Below are positions 51,370 to 61,221 of a DNA stretch of 64,000 nt, in pieces (position 1 is the first letter of the stretch; every line of letters begins with the position of its first letter). The stretch spans positions 32,001 to 96,000 of the forward strand of contig JBEQLE010000003.1 in NCBI GenBank assembly GCA_040326155.1. Direction: 5' to 3'. This stretch comes from Leptospirales bacterium. Lineage in GTDB: Bacteria; Spirochaetota; Leptospiria; Turneriellales; JAOUFE01. A program made the translations under genes and the position numbers. The notes below the pieces were generated by a model. The model had not been told where the DNA came from and searched no databases. It saw only the letters and a program-made list of their open reading frames with translations.

Positions 51370-53910
51370 TTAAATACGACTCATGTAAAACCGTATTTTC
51401 TTCCTGTTTATTAATATAATAAACAGAAATAGAACGACCAGCAAAATTATTATTAGAATTTTTTGTGGAAAGACAGATGCAGTGCCAACTTCGAACCTGT
51501 AATACGAGAAAGCGTCGGGTTCGGTTTTTCCTCCCTTAAATACCGGAATTACGGTAATATAATATTCTCCTGGTTTCAAGTCATAAAAATATATTGGAGT
51601 TTTGCCATAGTTGAGTTGTCCGCTGGGTTTTCGCGGAGTCTGTGAAAATGCATAACTGAACCCCTTTAGGGAACGACCATATTTTTTTTGTACATTAGAA
51701 GGCAATTTAAATGAAACTTCGTATAAGGAGCCAATATTTTGAACCGTAATCGAAGGTCGCAAACTGAAAATATAAGATGGAATGGACAACCGGCGACCTG
51801 CTGTCGGGTGTTGTTTATCCCAATCTGGAGGATTATATAAAAAGTATAAATACCTTGGGTAACTTTTAGTTCCATCCGCATATACAACTCCCAGATTAAA
51901 AACATAAAAGCCAGGTTTTAATTTATGCAAGTCAATAACTGCGGTTAGGGCATTATCGCTTTTTTCAGAGGGTATTAGTTTTCCTTTTTCAGTGGGGTCT
52001 CTTTTTTCGGTTGTGATGCCGCCGTTTAAACGAACAATTTTTTTTTCATCGCGTAAACCCGTAACAGTAACAGTTAATATACTTTTTCCAACGTTACCTG
52101 CTCTAATACTGCTCGTTATTAAAAAATCTTCCGCATCGGGATAACGAATATCTACGAGATAGTTTGCCGTAACCGAAACATTTCCCGCATTATCTTCAGC
52201 GCGCACGATAAAGAAATACTGACCCGGCTCAAGGTTATCTACGGTTATTTCACCCGTCTTGGTAAATTGATCGGGAGCATCGCCAATATTATGAGTAAAC
52301 TTATACCTGTACCCTTTAATGCCAACATTATCGTTGGATTTAAAGGTGGCGTGAAATTTCAAGTTGTCTGAAGCTTCTCCTGGTAAATGAGTGTCTGAAA
52401 CAATTTCAGGCGGCTCCGGTTTTTCCACATCGACTAAAAACGGGTATCGATATATTTTAGAACGGTTCCCCGCTCGGTCTATATATTTTACATGTAGAAA
52501 ATAACTACCGCTTTCAAGACCAGCTTTTTCAATCGTTCTCGATTCACCGCGCATATTTATTATTCCAGGGTCAGAATTAGGACGGTGATCAATTAGAAAT
52601 GCAAAATCTTTTACACCGGAAGGTTCCGACAAAAGTTCTAAGTCAAAAACCACTTTATCAGTGTTTGAATACTTTCCTCTGGAATGTGTTTTCGATGTTA
52701 TTTTTATCTCCGAAGTGTAAATATCGGCTAGTTTAGCATACAAAGTGGAACCGCTTTGATATATTAAATAAACTCGTCCGCCGAGCTTTACAAAAGAAGT
52801 TTTTGAGGAGGAAAGTTTATGGTCCGTTGCCTGGTGTGGTTTTCCAATTATGGTATCTTCGGGTTTATTTACAAAACGAGCAAAGATCTGGGGTGGCGAT
52901 ACTCGAAAATCATGCCAGGCTATAATATAACCCGCCTTTTTAGAATGGACAAGTACCGGGTTGTAACTGTTTGAATTTGACTCCGATATATTCAATTGAA
53001 TTTTTTTCGAAAGAGAAGAGTTAATAACATAGCCGGTATCTGAGTCTGACTGCCAGACCCAGTCTAATTCTTCATTTTTATAAATTGCCATCGGTGAAAA
53101 ATCGTTCACATCATTGGTAGTTAATTGTACGGGTTTCGAAAAACTTTTGCCGGAATTTTCAGACTTTATATAAAAAATTTCATCTTTCAAACTTGTTGAC
53201 TGTTTGCTCTGATAAAGCACATGAATCTGTGACTCAACAATAAAAATTGCCGGAAAAAATACCCCTTTTCCTATTGAACTTGGGTCAGAAATTACACTCA
53301 ACGATTTACTAAATCTATCTTTATCATATTTAGTGAATTTAATGAAAAACTTTCCCAGCTTTGACGCTCTCGAAAAACTCTGATAGAATATATAGAAAAT
53401 GCCTTTATTATCGACTAACACGTAAGGACTACTTGCGCTCAATTTTTCGGCAAACTGCGCAGGTTCTGAAAATACAAGCGTGGAACGATCGCCAATGGAA
53501 TACATAACACGAGATCCGACTTTTTCTTGCGCCGGCTCCTGCCAGAAAACCATTATTTTACTTTCAGAGATCGCTACCGTTGGGCGTAGAGAAAAACGAA
53601 AACGTGAAGCAGGTAAACTTATAGTGGCAACTGGAATTTTTTTGGTTCCAGATCCGTTAAATCGAAGTAAATTAATATTATACAAAGAAGCCTCTTCAGG
53701 TTTGAATGTCTCTTCTAAACCTGCCGAAACGAAAAATACATTATTCTCTTTTTTTTGCATGGAAGCGACCGAGTAAGAATAAACTTTGCTCGAAATCAAT
53801 GTCGACGGATACCAGCCTATAATATCAGCTGCAATAACTGAATAGAAGCCTAGTAAAAATAAACCCGGGGCTAGAACAAACCTGATTCCTGTTTTTAATT
53901 TTAGACCCAT
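51370..53910 (-). CDS. Large surface protein: BNR/propeller-like N-terminus, Ig-like repeats, C-terminal TM anchor
   Basis: SENSGKSFS Asp-box-like; repeated G.Y(F/Y).H/IV...D.AGN.S; hydrophobic helix plus basic tail. Confidence 0.75.
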   Translation of the reverse strand: MGLKLKTGIRFVLAPGLFLLGFYSVIAADIIGWYPSTLISSKVYSYSVASMQKKENNVFFVSAGLEETFKPEEASLYNINLLRFNGSGTKKIPVATISLPASRFRFSLRPTVAISESKIMVFWQEPAQEKVGSRVMYSIGDRSTLVFSEPAQFAEKLSASSPYVLVDNKGIFYIFYQSFSRASKLGKFFIKFTKYDKDRFSKSLSVISDPSSIGKGVFFPAIFIVESQIHVLYQSKQSTSLKDEIFYIKSENSGKSFSKPVQLTTNDVNDFSPMAIYKNEELDWVWQSDSDTGYVINSSLSKKIQLNISESNSNSYNPVLVHSKKAGYIIAWHDFRVSPPQIFARFVNKPEDTIIGKPHQATDHKLSSSKTSFVKLGGRVYLIYQSGSTLYAKLADIYTSEIKITSKTHSRGKYSNTDKVVFDLELLSEPSGVKDFAFLIDHRPNSDPGIINMRGESRTIEKAGLESGSYFLHVKYIDRAGNRSKIYRYPFLVDVEKPEPPEIVSDTHLPGEASDNLKFHATFKSNDNVGIKGYRYKFTHNIGDAPDQFTKTGEITVDNLEPGQYFFIVRAEDNAGNVSVTANYLVDIRYPDAEDFLITSSIRAGNVGKSILTVTVTGLRDEKKIVRLNGGITTEKRDPTEKGKLIPSEKSDNALTAVIDLHKLKPGFYVFNLGVVYADGTKSYPRYLYFLYNPPDWDKQHPTAGRRLSIPSYIFSLRPSITVQNIGSLYEVSFKLPSNVQKKYGRSLKGFSYAFSQTPRKPSGQLNYGKTPIYFYDLKPGEYYITVIPVFKGGKTEPDAFSYYRFEVGTASVFPQKILIIILLVVLFLFIILINRKKIRFYMSRI

Positions 53911-53918
53911 AATAAATA

Positions 53919-54902
53919 TTATAGCTCTATTTCAAGACCTTCGTAAGCTGTAACCACATGAACATGATGATTAGGAGCCATCAGATCTTTATATTTAATA
54001 GCTTGCATAGTCATTGCGTCCATCTTCTCGTCATCGTAGGATGGGTCGTGGTGAAACAGAACAAGTTTTTTTACATTGCTTTTAATCGCAATATCGGTGG
54101 CAATAGCGGCGGAACTGTGACCCCAGTCAATTCTCTGAAAAGATTCGTTAAATGTATATTGAGTGTCAAAAACAAGTACATCGGCGTCTTTGAAAAATTC
54201 AATATAATCGCCAATTTCATCCATAACTTCAAGATTAAACTCTGCGTCAGAACAAAACACAAATATTTTACCATCTTCATCGGTAAATCGATAAGAGTAA
54301 GTAGACCCGGGGTGGCGAACAATTTTACTTTTAACTTTTAAATTACACACTTCATATTCGTTACCTTCTACTATATGTTTAAAATGCTTCGTGACTCCAA
54401 GCTCATCAAATGTTATCGGAAAATGTGTAAATGGAGTCTGATATCGCAACCGGTCCAATATATCTTCAAAGGATGAATAAAAGGTAACCTCATTTTGAGG
54501 CATAAAAAACGGTCCAAAAAACATAAGTCCCTGTATATGGTCCCAATGAGAGTGGGTAAGAAACATGTGAAACTTTTCACTTTTTTCCATATCTAAATCT
54601 TTCATTAGAGATTGGCTCAGTCGGCCCAGGCCGGTACCCGCATCAATTATAACCAGGTCATTATCTTTCGTACGAAGTTCCACACATGTAGTGTTACCGC
54701 CAAAAGTTCCCCTTGTGGAAAATGGCAATGAATCAATAAAAGACTCTATTCGGTCTTCACTTAATAAATCTCCTGGCGTTGCCAGTGTAAGAGCCTTTTT
54801 TAGTTTTCCCCTGATTGCCTCGTGGGTAATTCCTGTTGCCAGAGATCCCCTTACTCCCCAAAACTTTACGCGCATATTATTCCTGATTAAACTGTTTTTC
54901 AC
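53919..54902 (-). CDS. MBL-fold metallo-hydrolase
   Basis: WGVRGS, GGNTTC, DAGTG, THSHWDH, WGHS, FHHDP. Confidence 0.93.
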   Translation of the reverse strand: MKNSLIRNNMRVKFWGVRGSLATGITHEAIRGKLKKALTLATPGDLLSEDRIESFIDSLPFSTRGTFGGNTTCVELRTKDNDLVIIDAGTGLGRLSQSLMKDLDMEKSEKFHMFLTHSHWDHIQGLMFFGPFFMPQNEVTFYSSFEDILDRLRYQTPFTHFPITFDELGVTKHFKHIVEGNEYEVCNLKVKSKIVRHPGSTYSYRFTDEDGKIFVFCSDAEFNLEVMDEIGDYIEFFKDADVLVFDTQYTFNESFQRIDWGHSSAAIATDIAIKSNVKKLVLFHHDPSYDDEKMDAMTMQAIKYKDLMAPNHHVHVVTAYEGLEIEL

Positions 54903-55099
54903 CGGAAAAAGTATAATACTTCGATTCCGGTATCGTTTTAATATCGGCTGAAACTCTGTTTTTTTTCGGCTTTATTTTTCTAATTATTTTTTATATTGGT
55001 GTAACCAGGGCACCGTGAAAACCAAAAATATCCTGAATTTTGATCTTTATGGTTATGTAAAAAGGTTGTTTACCTATTGCAAAGCGGAAATTTGACCAT

Positions 55100-56287
55100 A
55101 TGACCTTTAAAGAAAAATTTGTTAAATATGGATCTTATACTTTTGTTCTATTCCTGACCAGCTTAATTATTATCGCTTTTGGAATGCCAGATTGTACCGG
55201 CGCCCTGAAAAAGCGCGGTAATAAATATGCAGCTGATATAGATGGTGACCCTATTACCTGGACACAAGTTAACCGTACGGCAAACAATCTGGGAGGAACG
55301 ATGTACCCTGATGGTAACATGCCCCCTGAAGCAAGAACGTATATGGAAAGTATGGCCATCGAGCGATTGGTCAACTTAAAACTATTTATAATTTTGTCTA
55401 AGGAAGCCGGCTTTTACCCGACAATGGCTACGCAGAATATATTTGAAAATAGGTATCTTGTTGAAAATTTCCCCCAATATATTACTGAAAACGGTTTCGA
55501 TCTTGTAAAGTTCAGAGATGAAATACAAGAGCCCAACAGGTATAGTAATAAAATAGTTATTGACGACGCAATTCAACAGTATGCTCTACGGCGAAATGAA
55601 TTAATGTTTCAAGGCATTTATAAACCTCATCAAAAAGAAACAGAAGATTTATATCTTCTGAACAATACGAAAATAAGCTATCATATACTGGTAATAAATA
55701 TGGAGGCTAAAAATAAACTGGTAGAAAAAAGGGCGAATATCACAGAAAAAGATATTCGGGAAAAATTCAACAAAGACTTTCTGGCCAACAATCCACAGGA
55801 CAAATTGACGAAAATCAAACGGGAAGGGATTACTCAATCACTCGTAAATGAAAGAAGAGCCGTCATTGAAAAAGAGTTATTAGAAGAAATGCTCAAAATG
55901 GCCGAAACCTTGTCTATGAAACAATTACAAAATAAATATGGCGGAAGTTTAAAGGCTTTGCCAAATTTAAATTTAAATACCAACATTGCCCAGCAATGGC
56001 CCGCATCGCCTGCTAACCTCAGTCTACTTACCGAAGATAAAATGTTTCTTCAGAATACGTTCAAAACCGAGTTAGGTCAAATTGTTGGACCAATTAATAA
56101 AGGCGAAGCGCTTTTCATTTACTCCATTACAAAACGTGATATTCCAGATCTAAACGCAGATGACCTGGATTTAAGCCAACAAAAATTACAGCCTTCTGTA
56201 AATCATTTTGAAGCAATGTATGGGGAAATGATGGGTATTTTACGACGACAGTATACGGTGAATCGATACAACGCTCCGACTAAATAG
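55100..56287 (+). CDS. SurA-N/PpiD-like membrane-anchored chaperone
   Basis: N-terminal TM, AADIDGDPIT, AIERLVN, GQIVGPI. Confidence 0.65.
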   Translation: MTFKEKFVKYGSYTFVLFLTSLIIIAFGMPDCTGALKKRGNKYAADIDGDPITWTQVNRTANNLGGTMYPDGNMPPEARTYMESMAIERLVNLKLFIILSKEAGFYPTMATQNIFENRYLVENFPQYITENGFDLVKFRDEIQEPNRYSNKIVIDDAIQQYALRRNELMFQGIYKPHQKETEDLYLLNNTKISYHILVINMEAKNKLVEKRANITEKDIREKFNKDFLANNPQDKLTKIKREGITQSLVNERRAVIEKELLEEMLKMAETLSMKQLQNKYGGSLKALPNLNLNTNIAQQWPASPANLSLLTEDKMFLQNTFKTELGQIVGPINKGEALFIYSITKRDIPDLNADDLDLSQQKLQPSVNHFEAMYGEMMGILRRQYTVNRYNAPTK

Positions 56288-58562
56288 AAATATCAGCCAG
56301 CAACATTGAAATGTCGTCGGTTTTTTCTTTCGTCATGGTGTAATCTCGAATTTTATCGACAAGGTAGATAATCTGGTTGTCAGGTTCCATTAGAATGCTG
56401 TCTTCTATCCAGTTCATAAATTTACGCTCGCCTAAAATGTCGCCGGTTTGATTAAATATTTCGAAGGCCCCGTCTGTAGTTAAAACAATTCTTACGGACT
56501 CTTTAAATTCCTGTTCCGTAATAACATAGTTATCGGGTATGGCTCCTAATACCCTCTGGCTTTTTTCAAGTGGGAAAAACTTTTTAGATTTTTGTTTATA
56601 AATAATGGGGGCATGCTGTCCTGCGTTTATATAAGACAATTTAATTGATTTCGTATTTTGGTTCGATACAATTTGAATTCGTATCGCGCACAATGTCATT
56701 ATACTTTGTGCGCTTTGTTTAGCGCACAGCATTTCATTAATACTTGTGACCAGGCTCGAAAGGTCCGCATTTTTTTCGTTCATTCCGCCATGTATCATAG
56801 AACGAACAGCCACCATAAGGTAAGCGCTCGCCAGTCCATGACCGCTCACATCCCCTAATATTAAAAAATAATCATTCTCTGAACGTTGAATGATATCTAC
56901 ATAATCGCCAGTTACAAGCATATAGGGTTGAATAAACGGTGACACTTTTACATGAGGTGTTATTACCGGCTCAGGTAAGATTTTTCTTTGCAACCCCGAT
57001 ACCATTTCAAGTTCTTTTTCAATTCGTTTATGCTTTATATTATTTATTAGCAAAGAATAGTTTTCAAGCAATGGTTCCGTATTTCGTATTAAATTTCGTA
57101 TAAATGATATATCTTCCGTAAAATACGGCTCTTTATTCGATTTTTCAAAAAACATTATACCGAGCGGAAATTGTTGAAAAATAATATATAGAAAACCGCC
57201 TTGTTCTTGTAATAAAGCCTGCACACTACCACCGCGAGTAATTGTCGCGTAGGGGTAAGATCCTGAACCGGTTTTCTTTTTCATTTGTTGCCAGATATGA
57301 TGATTACTTGGCAAATATTTAATATATGGTTTGTTTAGATTCCAACCTTCGAATACTTCGTCGCTAACGTATAGAATAGCGTTGGACGCCCCCGTACCTG
57401 AGATTACCACATCACGAATTCTGGAGATAATATCGGAAAGTTGTATCGGGTTATTTATATATTTCGATAATTCAGAAAGGTATTCATTAAACGCAAAACG
57501 CCTATGTAACAAATATTGATTCAATGTTACATAGGATACGGTCCTTAAAAAGTCGAATAAAAAGATAATCCCAAAAGCATAAATAATATGCGTCCACAAA
57601 TGTTCTTTATAATCCGTAAACCTTTCCAGTTGAAACCCGACCAGAAACCAGTATAAAAAAGCAAAATATAAATAATAAACTAAACGAACATAAAAACTCC
57701 GAATAGGAGTGGTAAATGAAATAAATCCATACCGCAAACTAAACAATAGAAGTATCATTGGAAAAATAGAAGGCAAGAAGAATATTGCATTTTTATTCAT
57801 TGTCACGGGTATTTCAAACCATTGTGCCGCCAAATAACTGGTGCCTGGAACAGCAATTATAATCAACGCTGTAAATACCAATAACCGCCGTACAAAATTA
57901 TCTTTAATAACCGGAGAAGGATAAGGACGCTTAATATCTTTCCACAGCATGATCAAACCATAAAAAAAAGTAAGAATATGAGCCCCTCCAATTACGGAGA
58001 TCATTGTCCGCTCCTGAAGATGATTTGTAGGATATAATACATAGACCAGGATAGCGCAAAATATGGACGCGGGAAAAAAATACCGAAAATTGGTCTTTTT
58101 ATTGAACAAGGCATTTATTACAAAAATTAAAGCGATATTAAGAATGAAGGTGGTCCAGTAAAACAAAGGAACAAAATTATATTTACTTACAAAATCTAGA
58201 TATAAAATATATTGTATCGACAAAAGAAATGCAAAGATTATATAGTAATATTCCAATTTTCGTATGCGGCCATACAAAAAAAGAAACAATACGGATATTT
58301 GAAACATAATAACCGCTGCCACATTCGGACTCATTGCATAAAACCAGTTATTGAGATTGGCCAATTTAGGACTGCTTTTATGCGGTACTCGAAAATAGTG
58401 TCCGCCAAAATCGTAAGAGGTAATGCTGAATGCGACATTACCATTCGGGGTATATAAAAGGGACTCCTCGCTTGTTTTAGCATTTTCATAATAATTCCAC
58501 AAGACGAAAAAAAAGAACAATAAGAAAACAAAATATAATATTTGGACAATGGTTTTTCTCAT
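56280..58562 (-). CDS. Multi-TM SpoIIE/RsbU-type PP2C phosphatase
   Basis: GDYVD, GDVSGHG, NAGQ, TTDG, DDIS. Confidence 0.92.
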   Translation of the reverse strand: MRKTIVQILYFVFLLFFFFVLWNYYENAKTSEESLLYTPNGNVAFSITSYDFGGHYFRVPHKSSPKLANLNNWFYAMSPNVAAVIMFQISVLFLFLYGRIRKLEYYYIIFAFLLSIQYILYLDFVSKYNFVPLFYWTTFILNIALIFVINALFNKKTNFRYFFPASIFCAILVYVLYPTNHLQERTMISVIGGAHILTFFYGLIMLWKDIKRPYPSPVIKDNFVRRLLVFTALIIIAVPGTSYLAAQWFEIPVTMNKNAIFFLPSIFPMILLLFSLRYGFISFTTPIRSFYVRLVYYLYFAFLYWFLVGFQLERFTDYKEHLWTHIIYAFGIIFLFDFLRTVSYVTLNQYLLHRRFAFNEYLSELSKYINNPIQLSDIISRIRDVVISGTGASNAILYVSDEVFEGWNLNKPYIKYLPSNHHIWQQMKKKTGSGSYPYATITRGGSVQALLQEQGGFLYIIFQQFPLGIMFFEKSNKEPYFTEDISFIRNLIRNTEPLLENYSLLINNIKHKRIEKELEMVSGLQRKILPEPVITPHVKVSPFIQPYMLVTGDYVDIIQRSENDYFLILGDVSGHGLASAYLMVAVRSMIHGGMNEKNADLSSLVTSINEMLCAKQSAQSIMTLCAIRIQIVSNQNTKSIKLSYINAGQHAPIIYKQKSKKFFPLEKSQRVLGAIPDNYVITEQEFKESVRIVLTTDGAFEIFNQTGDILGERKFMNWIEDSILMEPDNQIIYLVDKIRDYTMTKEKTDDISMLLADISI

Positions 58563-58565
58563 GGG

Positions 58566-59804
58566 TTAATGCCGTTCCATCTGAAATACCTGATGTTGCT
58601 TTATTTTTACAACTGCAGATTCAAAATTATCGAAAGTCAAAACCCGGTAAGTTGATTTTCCACTTTTACCCATTGGTGTGTTGTTAATTAGTTTATTTTT
58701 ACCATCATATTCAATGGAAATATTTTTTCCAAACGGTATAATTTTCCAGCCGGAACGAGTAGTGTGCTCAATTAATACTCCATCAATAGCCGACTCGGTT
58801 TCGCTGAGCCATAAAAGGTTGTTTAATTTTTTCGCCAGACCCGCTAAAGTGTTTGTTTTTCTGGAAGATATAAAAAAGAACCCTTGAACGGCAAAAAGTA
58901 ACATAATAGTAGATCGGTGTGTTTTTTCTGAAATGGTACAAATTAAATAATAGTGTTTATTACTCTTTTTTCCCGCAATAGTTTTATCAATTAACACAGG
59001 AAATGGCTTTTTTGCCTTATTTAAAAGCGGGGAAGAAACCATATAGTTTGCAAATGATTCATTTGAAATATTTATTAAAAGTTTTTCGAGTCGCTTCGCT
59101 AATGAATATTCTTTTTGAAAAAGTTTACTATTAAACGCCTTTTCTGCCATTGATTCATTAGCGAAAATAAGTCCAATACGTTGTATATATTTATCGAGAT
59201 AAGAAACCATTTTTTTTTCAAGTTTTACCGGAAAGGCCATAAAACCGATGACGGTGGAACGAAACAAGACTGGCATAATCGTTTGCCATTCTTGTTCGCG
59301 TAAAAACTTTTGTAAGTGAATAGGATAGCTATCCATATTCCTGGATTCAGGCCGCATCTTGATATACTTAATAAGGTTTTTATTCCGATATCTTTCGGGA
59401 TTTACAGTTTGAAACTCCCTGTCTCGAGTTAGAAAAAAACAATTTTGATCGGACCCTTCCAGAATCAGGTACACATGTTGCAAATTATTGGATTTTATAA
59501 ACCAAGTTAAAAAATTTTGTATATCGCGCTTGGAACTCATTTGATGTTCGCGCCTGGTTCCGGTCAGAGGTTTTTCTATATTAGGAAATGCCAATCTAAA
59601 AAGGAAGTGAGTAATTATATAATCTTTTAGCGGTTGCGCCACCAAAATATAAAATAACAAAAAACCCATTGTATAAAACACAATGTTTTTGGGATATTGA
59701 AAAAATATTATAATAAACAATGAAAAGAATAAAAGGTTATAAATAATCGATATTATGGTTACATAAATAATCGTTTGTATCTGTTTTACCGGTTTTTCTG
59801 TCAT
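58566..59804 (-). CDS. Membrane protein with GAF-like region and degenerate PP2C-like domain
   Basis: KEYSLAKRLEKLL parallels KELEMVSGLQRKIL; LAKKLNNLL parallels LVTSINEML; catalytic Asp motifs missing. Confidence 0.55.
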   Translation of the reverse strand: MTEKPVKQIQTIIYVTIISIIYNLLFFSLFIIIFFQYPKNIVFYTMGFLLFYILVAQPLKDYIITHFLFRLAFPNIEKPLTGTRREHQMSSKRDIQNFLTWFIKSNNLQHVYLILEGSDQNCFFLTRDREFQTVNPERYRNKNLIKYIKMRPESRNMDSYPIHLQKFLREQEWQTIMPVLFRSTVIGFMAFPVKLEKKMVSYLDKYIQRIGLIFANESMAEKAFNSKLFQKEYSLAKRLEKLLINISNESFANYMVSSPLLNKAKKPFPVLIDKTIAGKKSNKHYYLICTISEKTHRSTIMLLFAVQGFFFISSRKTNTLAGLAKKLNNLLWLSETESAIDGVLIEHTTRSGWKIIPFGKNISIEYDGKNKLINNTPMGKSGKSTYRVLTFDNFESAVVKIKQHQVFQMERH

Positions 59805-59934
59805 AATAATAGCTTTCGCATATATTCACGACTGCCTGAAGTATCAAGTAAAAAACATAAATTACGTTAGCTGGCCCGGTAATTCTTCCGTTGGGACATA
59901 GCCAAAAAATCACCTGATGCGTTTATATGATCAT

Positions 59935-60378
59935 TTAATCCTGTTTACGTTCTAGATAAATTGTATATCCTTCTAAATATTTTACACTTGAAGTTGTCTT
60001 GTCAATAATAACTATTGGAACGGTTATATCTCCGATTTGTATACTTCCGTAGCCTGCTCCCATTGAAACGTAGAATATATTTGAACTCCATTTCACTTTC
60101 TTTATAATATCACGCGTTTCATCGCTATCTATTTCCAAACCTAAATAGATTAAATTCTTTGGCTGTTTCATTTTCTTTACTTTAGCAGCAAGTTCATCTA
60201 AATTTCTACTGCTTTTTACAAGGTAATCCATGTTAGCAATAAATAGTTCATACTTTTTATATAAGATCTTTTTTTTCGCATATTCCGGCATCTCGCCACA
60301 TGAAATATATACCGCGAAACTTAAAAATAAAGCTATTATATGAGTTGTCTTAATTTTCACAATACTTCCTTTGAACAA
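59935..60378 (-). CDS. Hypothetical lipoprotein
   Basis: Hydrophobic N-terminus ending YISC; very AT-rich. Confidence 0.6.
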   Translation of the reverse strand: MFKGSIVKIKTTHIIALFLSFAVYISCGEMPEYAKKKILYKKYELFIANMDYLVKSSRNLDELAAKVKKMKQPKNLIYLGLEIDSDETRDIIKKVKWSSNIFYVSMGAGYGSIQIGDITVPIVIIDKTTSSVKYLEGYTIYLERKQD

Positions 60379-60840
60379 CTATATTCAACATACAAAATTT
60401 CTATGAAACTTCTGTTCCGTTGATTGTCAAGAGAATAAAACGCCTGCGCGTATATAGTATGGGTTCTACAATGTGGGTAATTACCCCGCAATTTTCCAGG
60501 GCGTAAGTACAGACTGCCACCTATTTTATTTTATTCCAACTTAAAGGAGGCAGCCGAATTTCTAAAACATTATCAATTGGTATTTTCAATTTACGATACG
60601 TAGTTATATTCTTCATACAAGTGTAATAGGCAAAAGTTGGAAATTTTTTCAGTTTTACGGTTTTATTTCCAAAATTACCGGAAAATTATAGTTAGATCCG
60701 GCTCCATAATACTATAAAAAACTGGACCATTGCACAGGATTAAAATATATTCAAATAGATACCTATGAGTTGCTTTTCAATATATCTATGCTATTTTATC
60801 TGGCTTTACGGAGAAAAACTTAAGAGTTTATGGAATTTAT

Positions 60841-61191
60841 ATGTATACACAAATATTAAAAGCAAAAATTCACCGGGCCACGGTTACGGACGCTGACCTT
60901 TATTATGAAGGTAGTCTGACAATAGACTACCAATTAATGGAAAAAGCCGGTATGGTGGAACATGAAAAAGTGCATGTTGTGAACATTAACAATGGAAACC
61001 GGCTCGAAACTTATTTAATTAAAGGCGAACCTGATTCCGGTACTATCTGTTTAAACGGCGCCGCCGCCAGGTTGGGCCACCGTGGGGACCAAATTATCAT
61101 TATATCATACGGACTTTATAGTCCTGAAGAGGCAAAAAACCATACACCAACAGTTGTATTACTCGATGAAAATAACAAAATAAAAGAGTAA
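60841..61191 (+). CDS. panD: Aspartate 1-decarboxylase
   Basis: [18 protein letters not shown] (G-S cleavage site), LNGAAAR. Confidence 0.98.
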   Translation: MYTQILKAKIHRATVTDADLYYEGSLTIDYQLMEKAGMVEHEKVHVVNINNGNRLETYLIKGEPDSGTICLNGAAARLGHRGDQIIIISYGLYSPEEAKNHTPTVVLLDENNKIKE

Positions 61192-61221
61192 ATCAACCGA
61201 TGCTAAAGTAAGCATTGCAGT

